Assembly: GCA_951406725.2 (NCBI GenBank)
Contig: OX597819.1
Span: 43,834,001 to 43,898,000 of the forward strand
DNA length: 64,000 nt
Origin: Octopus vulgaris
Lineage: Eukaryota
Direction: 5' to 3'
Below the pieces are notes generated by a model. That model saw nothing but the letters and a program-made list of their open reading frames with translations, searched no databases and was not told the DNA's origin. The position numbers and the translations under genes are program-made. Shown one piece after another: positions 1-14,823 of the stretch; within the stretch, counting starts at the first letter, position 1; each line of letters opens with the position of its first letter.

Positions 1-250
1 AAGACAGACGAAATAACTATTTCTTTATTGCCCACAAGGGGCTAAACACAGAGGGGACAAACAAGGACAGACAAACGGATTAAGTCGTTTATATCGACCC
101 CAGTGTGTTACTGGTACTTAATTAATCGACCCCGAAAGGATGAAAGGCAAAGTCGACCTCGGCGGAATTTGAACTCAGAACGTAAAGGCAGATGAAATAC
201 GGCTACGCATTTCGCCCGGGTGCTAACGTTTCTGCCAGCTCGCCGCCTTG
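1..250 (-). mobile_element. tRNA-derived SINE, group A (Meta-domain-like core)
   Basis: Reverse strand reads AAGGCGGCGAGCTGGCAGAAACGTTAGC...GAGTTCAAATTCC (B-box)...GCCTTTCATCCTTTCGGGGTCGAT...AAGTACCAG. The same sequence recurs more than 20 times in the window. Confidence 0.9.
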
Positions 251-329
251 AGGAGGGAGAGGAAATTGTTCCAATAAAGACACACAACTTAAGGGAATCA
301 ATGTACTTCAAGTACTCTGGTTCCTATGG

Positions 330-1008
330 TAATGATAATAAGAAAGACGTCGTGGCAGTTGTGGAACAAGCTTCTCGACATCCAGCAATCTATTTGAAAG
401 TCAATAGGGGTGACCTTCTTCATGGCATACACAGAGAGCTTTCTTTATGTGGAATTGAAACAAAAATTATGAAGAAAGAGCTGTCGTGGCTTCTGATTTT
501 AACTGAATGGAAGTGTTATCATGTACATATTTCACCTTGGTGTAAAAGATGGGTTACAATAAATATTTCGCTCAATACCACAGATGTCCACGGCAGTTGC
601 TTGACCTTAAGAGTTGAACATGCCTCTTAGTGGCTGACAGTATGTGCATATCACTAGTAGCAGTAGTGGGGAAACATCCTAGACATGTGTTGAGAGGAAT
701 TCTTTGGGATTTGAATAATTCACCTCTGGAAATATGAATGTTCCGTTCGTCATCCTTAAACAAATCTTATTCGGAGACCTTTTGAGCAAGATGGGCTACG
801 CTGCCTGATGGAAAGTCTAACTGCCCGTCCCCCCTCCCACTGCAAGGTCATGTGATGTTACCTTGATATGAGATCATCTCGCGCACGTATGGTTGTAATG
901 CATGTACCAGGTGAACCTCTATCAGACGGGTAGGCATGATGGGTATATTGGGCTTCGTATATTTCTATCTCAGTGTCACTTTGGTGGTATGCATTACTCT
1001 CTAACTCC
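330..1008 (+). mobile_element. Diverged copy of a (TAA)n-tailed retroelement 3' region (probably the 3' UTR of an RLE non-LTR element)
   Basis: 480-1008 aligns by eye with 46920-47430 and with the reverse complement of 60959-61463, and ends in an (AAT)n tail. The upstream boundary is uncertain. Confidence 0.7.
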
Positions 1009-1010
1009 AC

Positions 1011-1101
1011 AATAATAATAATAATAATGATAATAATAATGATAGTAATAATAGTAATAATAGTAATAATAGCAGCAACAACAACAACAATAATAATAAT
1101 G

Positions 1102-1175
<74 letters not shown>
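1011..1175. repeat. (AAT)n microsatellite / retroelement tail
   Basis: Direct reading; source of the poly-Ile ORFs. Confidence 0.95.
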
Positions 1176-1495
1176 TTCTATATTAACCACAAGAGTTTAC
1201 ATTAAGAAAAGCATTATGGACAGCACAGAACAAAACAAATAATGTGTGTGTTTATGTGTGTGAGCGTGTGTTGGGAGGGCTTTGCGTGTAAACAAGACTG
1301 ACAAAATTTTAAAGAAAGAAAGAAATCAACAATGTGTAATCCTCAATAGAGAGGAGACGTTTGTGGGCTGCTCATGGAAAAAACCCATAAAAAAAAACAT
1401 GGGTACCCTGCCTGACTTTTTTTCCAACAGGCGTATACTCAGGGTATACTCGCACCATTCTCGCCACTTTCATCCACCTTTCAGCAAACTGGCTA

Positions 1496-1545
<50 letters not shown>

Positions 1546-1613
1546 TGGAAGAACAAGAACAGCAATATTAACAATATGAAAAACAGTAACAAGGATAACA
1601 AAAGCAACAGCAT

Positions 1614-1982
1614 CTCGAGACAGTTAGTATACCAGTGAGTGTAGGAGCCCTTGGAATGATCACAGAAGGTACTGAAAATTATTTGAGGATGATTCCTGGC
1701 TTACAATCCATGCAGGAAGTGCAAAAGATTGTCTTAATTGCTACGTCACACGTACTGAGAAGAGCATGTCGCTGTGAATTTTCTCTCCTTTTTCCCCTTG
1801 ATTTTCAGTGTTTTCTTTTGTTCCATTTTTTATGCTTTTTCTTCTTTTCTTTTTCTCTCTGTCTTCCCCTTTTTTTCTGTCACATGACTTTGTAAATGAA
1901 CAACCTAGTGTGTTTATTTTAATGGCCTACCAAATGTATACAGTAAGTTTCGTTGCCCAAGATGTTGGGAAGAGGCCAGTGA
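1614..1982 (+). mobile_element. 5'-truncated R4/Dong-type non-LTR retrotransposon (end of RLE domain plus 3' UTR)
   Basis: Translates LETVSIPVSVGALGMITEGTENYLRMIPGLQSMQEVQKIVLIATSHVLRRA, matching the R4/Dong C-terminal pattern IPVxxGALG...IQKxxLLGTxxILR. It lies next to (TAA)n and ends in an (ACA)n tail. Confidence 0.8.
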
Positions 1983-2136
1983 CAACAACAACAACAAAAA
2001 CAATAATAAATAGTTCGCATCCTACGCAACCAACTTTTAGTTTAATAGCAAATAGAAAGAAGGGGATAATCCTACGCGAGCAACTTTCACTTTAACAGCA
2101 AATAGTATACTTTTTGCATGCAACACATTCTTTATA

Positions 2137-2691
2137 TTGGGCTGTCCGGAAAGTTAGTGCCGATTTATAGCAGCTTACCTTTCGACTTATTTTAGAACAT
2201 GGTTGAGTCCATAAAATAGGATTTGACTACACCTCCATTTAGAGCACAGTTTAAGCTATCTTTTCATGGAAGAAGGTTTATGTTCCTATAACCTGTGTTA
2301 ATTCTGTAACCCTTTAAAATGGAAGATAAGAAAGTTCATTTTCGGCACTTCATGCTTTGGGAACCAGACAAAAATTGCTGTAGCTCGGCTGGGATGTGTT
2401 ACCCCATCCTTCATATTCACCAGATATTGCTCTTCGGATTTCCACTTATTCAGGTCTCTGCAGAATAGTCTTAATGGTAAAAATGTCAATTCCTTGGATG
2501 ATGTAAAAAGATATTCTTTCCCATGAAACCACCTCAATTCTGGGAAGGGGGTATTTTCAAGTTAAAGGAAAGATGGAGACGCACTATGCAACAAAATGGT
2601 TTATATTTGTTTGATTAAAAATGTAATGGCAAGTATTTATTGACCTTTTTCTTTCCTATAAAAATCGGCACGAACTTACCGGAGAACCCAA
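2137..2691 (+). mobile_element. Internally deleted mariner element
   Basis: TIRs TTGGGCTGTCCGGAAAGTTAGTGCCGATTT / AAATCGGCACGAACTTACCGGAGAACCCAA with TA on both flanks. Internal WDVLPHPSYSPDIA..SDFHLFRSLQNSLNGK (mariner YSPDLAPSD motif, frameshifted) at about 2390-2520. Confidence 0.92.
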
Positions 2692-3149
2692 TACAATAAC
2701 TACCCAATAAAATTATGCAAGCCACAGCAACCGTATCCTCTACAATCAAAAGTAAACATTATAACACAACATCTATAAAACTAACAAATAACACATCATT
2801 TTCTACCCACAAAGCATGCATCCTTCACAGTCATTGCCCGACGGCACTAATACAGATAAAACGATTTTTTTTTTTTCTTTGAGGAAATAACAAAACTTTA
2901 AATGCAAACCTGGCCATCATAGATTAAATAAAAGTCGATATGAACATAGATATCACTAGGATAAATCAAATGACCTACTAAAGACTGTGAGTACTCCTTC
3001 AAAATTACTCGTATAAGTATCTCTAACCCTCTGCCGCGAAAAATGTTCAGGGAAAAGGATATAAACAAATATACTTCAAGCCATTAATAATTCAACGACA
3101 GAAAGTATTAATTACAAAAAGAAGAAACTAATAATAATAATAATAATAA

Positions 3150-3460
3150 TGGAAATACATCATTAAAAAATCCTTTCAAATTATAAAAAACAACATCAGT
3201 AAAAAAGGTATCCTTGCTAATTAGTTAGAAGTTTCTCTTTTAGCAAAACAGGTCGACTTTGATCCTAAATGATGTAATTAAGAACTAGGATAAAACAAAA
3301 TAGAAATCCGTGCTGTACCAATAGTAATAAAAGTCGTAGAAATGCACTTCCTTGGAATCCATATCAACTCAAGAAGTAACTTCGAATCTACGAAAAAGTA
3401 AAAAGAAAGAATTCCTTGACATTATGAGAATGTGATAAAGTCCTCAACTTTTGGTTGACA
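3150..3460 (+). mobile_element. Highly decayed R4/Dong-like RLE fragment
   Basis: Follows a (TAA)n tract; residual AVPIVI motif near 3310; many stops. Confidence 0.35.
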
Positions 3461-4219
3461 TACTTAATAGGAAGAACTTAAATGTTGGAAGAATCTTTAA
3501 TGATCGACCGAAGGAGCTAGGCACGACACTCGAAAGTAATACCAATTTAATCTCCTGGTCTAATGGATCATAAATTCCACCCAAAAGTAGAAACTCATAT
3601 TTTTCTTGTCTACAGTATACTGGAGTATAAACGATTACCTGGCAAAATGATTATCTGATAGGAACAAAACAAAGCTCTTCCAGAAGAAAAGATGGAGTGC
3701 TGCAAACGATCATGAGGTTGTAAAATCATAAGCCAAGACTGTAGTAGGAAAGGCTTGAGCATGTTATTCATTGGCTGTAAGCTTTAGAGAAACAAATACA
3801 ATCAAACACGTTGTGAATAAGGCAAACACATTGAATATATGAATGAATAACATATAAATCACCAGAAAAAAATATCAAAACTGCTCTCATCTTTTTTAAA
3901 GGCTGAATATTCCAAGTGACGCTTTTCTATTCCTTAACCAATATTTTAAATCAGAAAGGACTCGATCCAATTAGGTTGCGTCTACCTAGTTGTTTATCTT
4001 GTTAAAAACAACATCCAAATCTCCCTCAAATTACTCACATCATCTAGATAATGTGGATCTGGGTTCCCTGCGCATAGAAAAAAACAGAATGATTATGGCT
4101 GGAATGCTTTCCTTCATAAGTCTGTTCGAGGATGTATGACCTGGGGTTAAACAATGACACCAACATCGACAAGATCTGCATGGGCCTTGGATACAAATAC
4201 TACTGGAAGTCACTCGGTC

Positions 4220-4700
4220 ATGAATGACTCTTTGCATACTCCAGATGATAAACAACTAGAAACACTGCTACAGTTAATACACGGAGAGAAGATTTGATCT
4301 GACATACAGTTAGGAAAAATTCACTGTAGTAACTTTGAACATAGAAGTATTAAGCTGCTAATGTCTTGTTATATAAACAGAGTTAAAAGTACTAAACCAA
4401 AAGCTGACTTACAAATATCTAAGAATTAATGAACTAGACTGACTACAACGCTTAAACGACAGAAACTATAAACAAAATAGATTAACACATAAAACATTTA
4501 AATACATAGAATAGCTATCTCTAGCTGTTTCAGTAGTAAATTATTCTTTTAATATTGTCAACTGGAAGCTAAGGGAATTTGTAAGATTAACAAGAACAAT
4601 GATTGCATGTAGAATACGCGACTTTAAATCGACAGAGAAAAAGATTATTTTTATAACGACGAATCCAGGAGCATTATACGATTAAAACTTACTTAAAAAA
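4220..4700 (+). pseudogene. Decayed R4/Dong-like reverse transcriptase fragment
   Basis: Residual peptides DDKQLETLLQLIH (about 4243) and AVSVVNYSFNIVNWKLREF (about 4524) resemble R4-clade post-YMDD and thumb segments (AIPVxTYSFxIINW). Confidence 0.55.
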
Positions 4701-5067
4701 CAGGACTCCAAAAATACCTAGCAAAAAACAAAAAACAAAAAACAATGAGGAAACCAATACAAATAGTTGCAAAAAACGAATATAGAAATCAACAAAAATA
4801 ATATAGAAGCTGAGGTAAGAATCTGTTGTGAAGATGGAGTAGAAGCAATGGAAATTAGAATAAAAAAGAAAAAAGAAGAGAAAAGGCTAGACTGAAAATG
4901 AGATGCAGGGAATCGTGTTAGGACGAATGTAAGGAAAGCCCCTACATGTCCAATTAGCTGAGACGTCTGACAATGCTCAAAGAGTTACAGAGTTTTAAAA
5001 AAAAATCAACATTGGAGCAAACCAATGCGTTGTGTATGAATTTTATAAATACATCCTGTGAAGAGCT

Positions 5068-5130
<63 letters not shown>

Positions 5131-5185
5131 GTTTATTTAGAGGGCACAATACATGTCTTTAAGTGCTATTAATAGTTTCATATAT

Positions 5186-5345
5186 AACGTATTTCAACGT
5201 GTATAAGGAACCCTTTTTTGTCAAAAATTAGGTTAAAAAATATGAGAGTTTCTTATACAAGGATAGTATTATAAACCCTTACAAAACCTTTTTTCCAAAT
5301 TTTAATCCCCCCACCACATTAGGGGGTTCCTTATGCACTACTGTA
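5186..5345. mobile_element. Small pogo/Tc2-like MITE remnant
   Basis: Inverted pair GTGTATAAGGAACCC (5199-5213) / GGGTTCCTTATGCAC (5324-5338). Confidence 0.45.
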
Positions 5346-5346
5346 T

Positions 5347-5379
<33 letters not shown>

Positions 5380-5380
5380 G

Positions 5381-5499
<119 letters not shown>

Positions 5500-5962
5500 T
5501 GTGTGTGTGTGTGTGTCTTTGTGGTTGTGTTTGTTCTCCATCGCTTGATTGGTTTAATTACGTCACCATAACTAAGCGGCTCGGAAATAGGATCCGTTAG
5601 AATAAGTACCAAAATTAAATAGAGTACAGGGGGTTAGTTAGTATGTTCGCTGACCTTAAAAACGGTGCCCCGGCATAGCCGCAGTCTAATGGCTGACAAA
5701 AGAAAAAAGGGCACTGACTGAAAAAGCACGCCAGAAAGAAGTTTGACCGCAGCACGAGACAATGCCTATTCCCAGAAACTACCTGTTTCTGCCGTCCAAC
5801 TGTGATTAGGGGTAATTAGGGGTAGATTTAACTGCTATTTCTAGCTGTTAGAGTCTACAAAAATCTAAGTCTAAGGCCATTTGGTGCACAGTGTTTCCGT
5901 CTCTCGTTAAAAATTGTTTTTCCATGGGAGGTAAGTGGAGAGCGTGTATATGAAAGAGTGTA

Positions 5963-5965
<3 letters not shown>

Positions 5966-6043
<78 letters not shown>
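5966..6043. repeat. (GA)n microsatellite
   Basis: Direct reading. Confidence 0.95.
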
Positions 6044-6048
<5 letters not shown>

Positions 6049-6960
6049 TGAGAGAGGTGGAGAGAGAAGGAGGCAGAGAGAGAAGCAAATAGAAAATCTT
6101 ATCTCTAAAATATTGAAAAACAGAAAGTCGTTTTTTTTAATATTTGTATTTCAAAGAAGTGCCGCTCCCGGTTTATATAAATACACAAACATACCACCAA
6201 ACTATACCACACACATAGGCACACACACACACACACACACACACATGCACACACACACTCATGCACACAAATGCACACGTGCACACATATCTATATACAT
6301 ACATACACAAATACGAACATACAAACACACATATATGTGCGGGTGTATATATGTATATATATATTGCATGCATGTATATATGTATGTTTTGTGTATGTAT
6401 ATATATACACACACATACATGTTTGTGTGTATGTGCGTGCGTATGCGGACAAGTACATACTCAAAGATGCAAACGTATAGATGCACACATATGAACATAT
6501 ATGAACATACACACACACACATACACACACATATCTAAATTTGTATATGTATATATAAGTATATGTATGTGTATGTATTTACGTATATATTTCTGTATTT
6601 ATGCATGTGTCTGTATGTATATATGTATGCATGTATGTATGTATGTATGTATGTATGTATGTATGTATGTATGTACGTATGTGTATATTTATATATATGT
6701 ATACTTTTCTTTTTCAATTTATTTGACTACTTCCAAGGAGGAAGGAGCTGGCTTTTAGAAAAGCAGCAAACCTCTTTTCTGCCCATAAATCCTGTCTTAC
6801 CGAGATTATCACTTACACATTTACTAACATAACCAAATTCACTGATTAATGATTATTGGTATAAATGCTAATGTTTTATCAGATTAATGGACGGACTTGC
6901 ATATTTTGAAGCAGTTTGTCCACAAATATTGCCCTGATTTTGGAAAAGATATCTGCCTCT

Positions 6961-7619
6961 GCCGGCCACGAAATTTTTTTCCACGAGAGTTTCGGAACCC
7001 AGTTATGACCATATTTGCATACATCCTACCAGAGCTCAACTATCAAACTAGTGTCCACCTAGTCACTAAAATACTCTGACTGAGTTCAGTGGAAAATGTG
7101 CACTATAGCAAAAGCTAACTGTTCTAAACGGGTTAATAGGGGTGACAAATGTGAATTTTAGTGCATAAAGTGAACGGACGATATCATAAGTGTTGCCAAT
7201 GTGAGTAATTTACTAGAAAATGTAAATGAGTGGAGTTTCCTCATTTTTTGACTGATTTTGTACATTCCTAATTTAAAATGTTGGTGTTGATCTGGAAACA
7301 TCGTAATCAATATGGCGTTGTGTCGTATTGCGCCCTCCTTGCGTATTACTAATTTCAGTCTGAGCAAAGGTACCTAATTTTAGCTCCATATAGAGATGGT
7401 GCTCAATTGATCTATAAGAATGGTGGGGTGGATGTGGTGCTTATGTGAAGCCTGCTATGCTGTACTCACAGAGTGGCATACACCATTTTATGCCTGACTG
7501 GCTGTACTGTAGTAGTACACAGTATGTGGATTTTCGAGGCGAGCTCTGATTGGCCGTATGCAAATGAGTTCATTACTGGGACCCAGAACTCTCGTGGGAA
7601 AAAAATTTTGCCTGCCGGC
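6961..7619. mobile_element. Non-autonomous DNA element with about 78-bp imperfect terminal inverted repeats
   Basis: 6961-7037 (GCCGGCCACGAAATTTTTTTCCACGAGAGTT...TTTGCATAC...CAGAGCTC) is the diverged reverse complement of 7541-7619. No clear TSD. Confidence 0.75.
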
Positions 7620-7746
7620 CAATTAACCACTAGGATATTGCATGGGTTTTTTTTTACTTTTCATTCTCAAATAACTATCACAAGCTAGTTTGGTTTGCAC
7701 CGGTAAAACATTTGTAGTGAAGGTGTCAACAATATTTCTTGTGTAG

Positions 7747-7965
7747 AAGGCGGTGAGTTGGCTGAATAGTTACCGCATCGGATTAAATGCTTTGCGGCAT
7801 TTCTTCTGACTTTACGTTCTGGGTTCGAATGCCACCGAGGTCGACTTTTCCTGTCATCCTTTCGGGGTCGATAAAATAACTACCATTTGAGCATTGAGAT
7901 CGATGCACTCGATTAACTCCACTCCCAGAAATTGCTGGCTTTGTGCCAAAATTTGAAACCACAAT
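7747..7965 (+). mobile_element. SINE group A
   Basis: AAGGCGGTGAGTTGGC head and TCATCCTTTCGGGGTCGATAAA core. Confidence 0.85.
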
Positions 7966-8257
7966 TCCTTGTGCATATATGTATACAAAGAGTTGTTTAT
8001 ATCTGTCACATGGCAGTTATTTCTTTGGACGGCATTGTATTATTGTTTTAATAACAAAATTACGTCTCAGTGGAAGTTAAGTTGTACCGCGATAACGTTT
8101 AGAACAGCTGCTGATTACATGTGTTATGTCTTCCAAAGATTATGTCACATAAGCGACATTCACAGTTGAATCTGAGGAAGGCTTCACCGTCTCGTTTGTC
8201 CATAAGATATTTTATAGCTATCGTCTACTCATGGATGTCAACATGAAGTGATAAAAA

Positions 8258-8455
8258 GACGGCGAGCTGGCAGAATCGTTAGCTCACCGGAAAAAAATTG
8301 CTTAACGTTCTGTGTTCAAATTTTGCCGATGTTTACTTTACCCCTCATCCTTTCGGGGGTTGATAAATTAAGTACCAGTTGCATACTGGAGTCAATCTAA
8401 TCGACTGACCACACTCCCCCAAAATTTCGGGCCTTGTGCCTAGAGTAGAAAAGAA
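8258..8455 (+). mobile_element. SINE group A
   Basis: GGCGAGCTGGCAGAATCGTTAGC head and GGCCTTGTGCCTAGAGTAGAAAAG tail. Confidence 0.85.
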
Positions 8456-9529
8456 TTTTCGACGTGTGACATGACGTAACGGTCGCGTATCCAAAAGAAG
8501 TTGCACTTCATGTTGATATCCATGTCGATAAAAAGATGGCGAGTTGGTCGTTGCAGCACTTGTTGTTGTGTGGGACAGAGTAGACTTAGAGATTGTTGTT
8601 GCAAAAATGTTGGGATTAAGGAACAACTCTTCAACATTCATTTGTCAAGTACGAATTTTCTCTTTTGGTCAAATTCCATCCTTATATCAATGGGAAAGTG
8701 TGATTAAATTCAGATGTTCATCAGCATTGTAATTATTCCTAACGTTGATCTTTAATTGTTTCTGAAAGAAATTATGGTGCCTGTTGGACATAATCATTGA
8801 CTTTTAGTAAAAGAAATGACAATGCATTTAGAATCAAAATAAACATAAACATAAGCAAGACTGTTGTCTTTGAATATTCCCGTTGAAATATTTATAACAT
8901 GGAAGATAATCTTTCCACTTTCACTTACAATTCTAAGGATTTAAAATTCTTCATAGCAAATAAAGTGGCCGGTACTTTACCAGCTGTAGTGACTTCTATG
9001 GCCATGAATGGTGAGTGGACCAGAATGCCTTTTTATAATGAAGCCATAGTGTGGCAGGGGTTCTACAGTGTGTGTATGTTTTAATGTAATTTGTGCTTAT
9101 TTCTGATAACACAGCTTTATTTACCAAAGGTTTTTCAGCCGCATCCACACACTCCTTTTTTTTGCACCTGGTATATACTCTATCGGTTCATTTTGCCGAA
9201 CCACAAGGTTGAAGGAATATAAATAAATTAACACCGGTTGTCAAGTGGTGGTGGAGAAAAACTCAAATACAAAGACTCATACACACACACACACACACAC
9301 ACATGCACACACACACACACACACACTCACACACACATACACACACACACCTGCAAGTGTACAAACGCATATGTAACGATGGGCTTCCATACAATTTCCG
9401 TCCACCAAATTCTATCATAAGAAAATGATCAGTTCGGTGCTATAGTAAAAATCACTTGCCCACCGTACCACGGAAAGTGGTTGAATTCCAAGTCATAGAA
9501 TTGCATACGGACATGCTTGCGTTTCTGTT

Positions 9530-9823
9530 TGGTAGTCAGTCAGATCAACATGACAGTCTGCTCATAAAATTAACGTGCAAATGGTTGAGTACTCCACAAA
9601 CACGCGTATCCTTAAAGTAGTTCTCAGGGAGATTCAGTATGTTACAGTACATGAGAAGGTTGGCCTTTTGAGTTACAGGTACAACTCATTTTCGCCAGAT
9701 GAGTGTACTGGAGCGAGATGAAATAAAGTGTCTTGCTTAAGGACACAACACGCCGCCGGTAATCGAAATGACGACCTTACGACAGTAAGCCGAATGCCCT
9801 AACCACTTAGCCACGCGCTTTCA
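9530..9823 (-). mobile_element. tRNA-derived SINE, group C
   Basis: Minus strand GCGCGTGGCTAAGTGGTTAGGG head, GTGTCCTTAAGCAAGACACTTT core, tail shared with 15995-16376. Confidence 0.8.
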
Positions 9824-9907
9824 TACTTGCACTTATGCGCACGCGCACACACACACAAACGCACACACATAAATGCATACATACACCATGTACACACACA
9901 AGTTGAT

Positions 9908-11870
<1,963 letters not shown>

Positions 11871-12004
11871 AACAACAATTTCTATGAGTACAACATCATT
11901 AATAACAACTACAGGAATCATGTCAAAGGTCAGCGTTACCTTAACTCTTTATTTCTGTGCTCTAAGTTCACCAAGGCGAGAATACTTTTGTAGAATGTTA
12001 CTTT

Positions 12005-12345
12005 GGAGGCGCATGGCTCAGTGGTTAGAGCGTCGAGCTTACGATCGTGAGGTTGTGAGCTCGAATCCCGGACCGGGCTGCGTGTTGTGTTCTTGAGCAA
12101 GACACTTTATTTCACGTTACTCCAGTTCACTCAGCTGTATAAATGAGTTGCGACGTCACTGGTGCCAAGCTGTATCGACCTTTGTCTTTCCCTTGGATAA
12201 CATCAGTGGTGTGGAGAGGGGAGGCTGGTATGCATGGACGACTGCTGGTCTTCCATAAAACAACCTTGCCCGGACTTGTGTCTAGGAGGGTAACTTTCTA
12301 GGTGCAATCCCATGGTCATTCATGACCGAAGGGGTTCGTTACCCT
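12005..12345 (+). mobile_element. tRNA-derived SINE, group C head with a distinct tail
   Basis: GGAGGCGCATGGCTCAGTGGTTAGAGCG (A-box), GCTCGAATCCC (B-box-like), TTCTTGAGCAAGACACTTT core. Confidence 0.88.
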
Positions 12346-12470
12346 TACTTTCCGTTTAGCACGCGTCATTTCTAGAAATAAAACGTAAATTGCCGCAGCC
12401 GTTGTCCCTGCTGGATTTAGCCACCACATCTCTTTTCAAAGGCCACACTTATACAATCTTTTTAACGAGA

Positions 12471-12860
12471 GGCGCAGGAGTGGCTGTGTGGTAAGTAGCT
12501 TGCTTACCAACCACATGGTTCCGGGTTCAGTCCCACTGCGTGGCATCTTGGGCAAGTGTCTTCTACTATACTATAACCTCGGGCCGACCAAAGCCTTGTG
12601 AGTGGATTTGGTAGACGGAAACTGAAAGAAGCCCGTCGTATATATGTATATATATATATATGTGCGTGTGTGTCTGTTTGTCCCCCTAGCATTGCTTTAC
12701 AACCGATGCTGGTGTGTTTATGTCCCCGTCACTTCGGCAAAAGAGACCGATAGAATAAGTACTGGGCTTACAAAAGAATAAGTCCCGGCGTCGAGTTACT
12801 CGATTAAAGGCGGTGCTCCAGCATGGCCGCAGTCAAATGACGGAAACAAGTAAAAGAGAG
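12471..12860 (+). mobile_element. tRNA-derived SINE, group B
   Basis: GGCGCAGGAGTGGCTGTGTGGTAAG head, GGTTCAGTCCC box, internal TA/TG microsatellite, AAGTAAAAGAGAG tail. Near-identical to 36568-36980. Confidence 0.92.
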
Positions 12861-13213
12861 AATGGGGTCTTTGGAGACTTTAATAATGGTGGTCTCGTCT
12901 GGAAGGTTTTTAAGCCGATCCGAAGTAGTTCTGCGCGATCCGAACCTCCGCCACAATCAACAGAAATGAAGACGACACGAGCGACTAACCAACAATATAG
13001 GTTCTTTGAGTCAAGTAGACCTGCTAGAAATAGCAGTCAAATATATCTCAAAACGCAAGTCTACTGTCATAAATTGAGAACACTTTGGATAATCTAGTTC
13101 TTTTGAAATTTTGTTTATTTTTAGAAAAAACATACATAAAATGGTACAATTGGAACACCTTTGATTCTAAGTTCAGGCCTATAACGGTAAACCTGGTGGG
13201 GGTGGGTGGTAAA

Positions 13214-13225
13214 CTACTACTACTA

Positions 13226-13266
<41 letters not shown>

Positions 13267-13300
13267 ACTACTACTACTACTACTACTACTGCTGCTGCTG

Positions 13301-13368
<68 letters not shown>

Positions 13369-13390
13369 ACTACTGCTGCTGCTGCTGCTG

Positions 13391-13478
<88 letters not shown>
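13214..13478. repeat. Interspersed (CTA)n/(CTG)n microsatellite
   Basis: Direct reading. Confidence 0.95.
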
Positions 13479-13480
<2 letters not shown>

Positions 13481-13996
13481 GTAGTAGAGACGAGGTTTAA
13501 TATTAGTTGTAGGAAGATGCAAATGTTGATTCTGATACGTCTATAGAAGTTGAAGAGCAAAATATTATGTTCATAGACGTAGAACTTTGTCTATGAGAAC
13601 TTACTGGCGTCTAAAATAATGATGTGGTAGAAATGGCACAGTGTCAGACTGTTATAATGCTTGAGGTGTTCAGCGTATGGTTCATTTACGATCTGAGTTC
13701 AAATCCTGCTATGGTTGAGTTTTGCCTTTCTTCTCCCTGGAGGTGAATAAACTAAGCTACGAGTAATGTTTTGAGCCGGGTTTAATCGACGTCTACTCTT
13801 CCTTGAAATTGCAGAGCCTTGCATCAAAGTTAGAAATCAATTTATAATAGAGTCAAAGTATATAAATTTATAATAGGTCAAAGTCTATAAAATGCTTAGA
13901 AACATGTTGTTTAGTCTAGTTCGGTCCTAATCGAGCAAATATACAATCAAAGATATTCCAACAATGACTATCTGAAGTCATTGAACATATCGTATA

Positions 13997-14175
13997 TAAT
14001 AATAATAATAATAACAACAACATCGAAAAATACCTTAGGAATGAGAACCCAGGTTCGAAATTTCCCCAAGACACCTGAAGAAGGCTGGAGGGTATATCAG
14101 CCGAAACGTTGTGTTAACAACAAACAAGATGAGGACAAATATCCGTCAAATGTAAATAATGTAAATAATGTACAA
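13997..14175 (+). mobile_element. 3' portion of a hammerhead-carrying small retroelement
   Basis: (TAA)n then ACAACATCGAAAAATACCTTAGGAATGAGAACCCAG...TGTAAATAATGTAAATAATGTACA, homologous to 30027-30141. Confidence 0.85.
14070..14115 (+). ncRNA. Minimal type I hammerhead ribozyme (PLE-type)
   Basis: Stem I GACAC/GUGUU, core CUGAAGA (14075-14081), extra A, stem II GGCUG/CAGCC, GAAA (14103-14106), palindromic stem III AACGUU, predicted GUU cleavage triplet. Confidence 0.75.
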
Positions 14176-14823
14176 ATTATATATGAAGGGCAGAAAACAC
14201 AAGCGTACACACACACACGCACAAAGGCGAAGGCATGGCTGTAGTTAAGAGGTCCGCTTCGCAACCAGGTTTCAGCTTTAGTTCTTGGAAAAGTGCCTTC
14301 CACTATAGCCCCGGTTCGAACCATATCTTGTAGTGGATTTGGTTGACGGAAACTGTAAGGAAGCCCACCGTATATATGTATAAATGCGTGTGCGTGTTTA
14401 TAGGTTTGAAGCACCACCGTCATCACTTGACAACCAGTTTCGGCTTGTATACGTCCATTTGACATAGCGGTCCAGCAAACGTGATTGATAGGGCGAGTAT
14501 TAGACTTTAAAAAGAAAAATACGTACTTGGATAGATTTGATCGACTAAGGCTTTCCTAAGCAGTTACCCAGTTCGGCTGAGGTCAACTTTGTCTTTCATC
14601 CTTTCAGTGTTGATAAGATAAGGTATCAGTCAAGTACTGGAATCAGTGTAATAATCTTGTTCCTTCTCCTAAAAAAACTACTGACTGGCGCACCGTTCAG
14701 GGTTATGTTGTTGTCTTGGCCATTTATAAGTCATAGAAACAAACAGGGTACCCGGCCTTGTGAGTCTCAGGGCTCATGGAGAAAAGAATCTTTTCAACTG
14801 ACCACCGCAATCAGCACAGCTTT

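Noticed and set aside
8480-8960. Possible Sola1 transposase relic (SKRS, DLEIVVAKMLGL, LYQWES, KIIFP)
   Set aside because: Motif order fits but spacing does not; cannot be supported without BLASTX.
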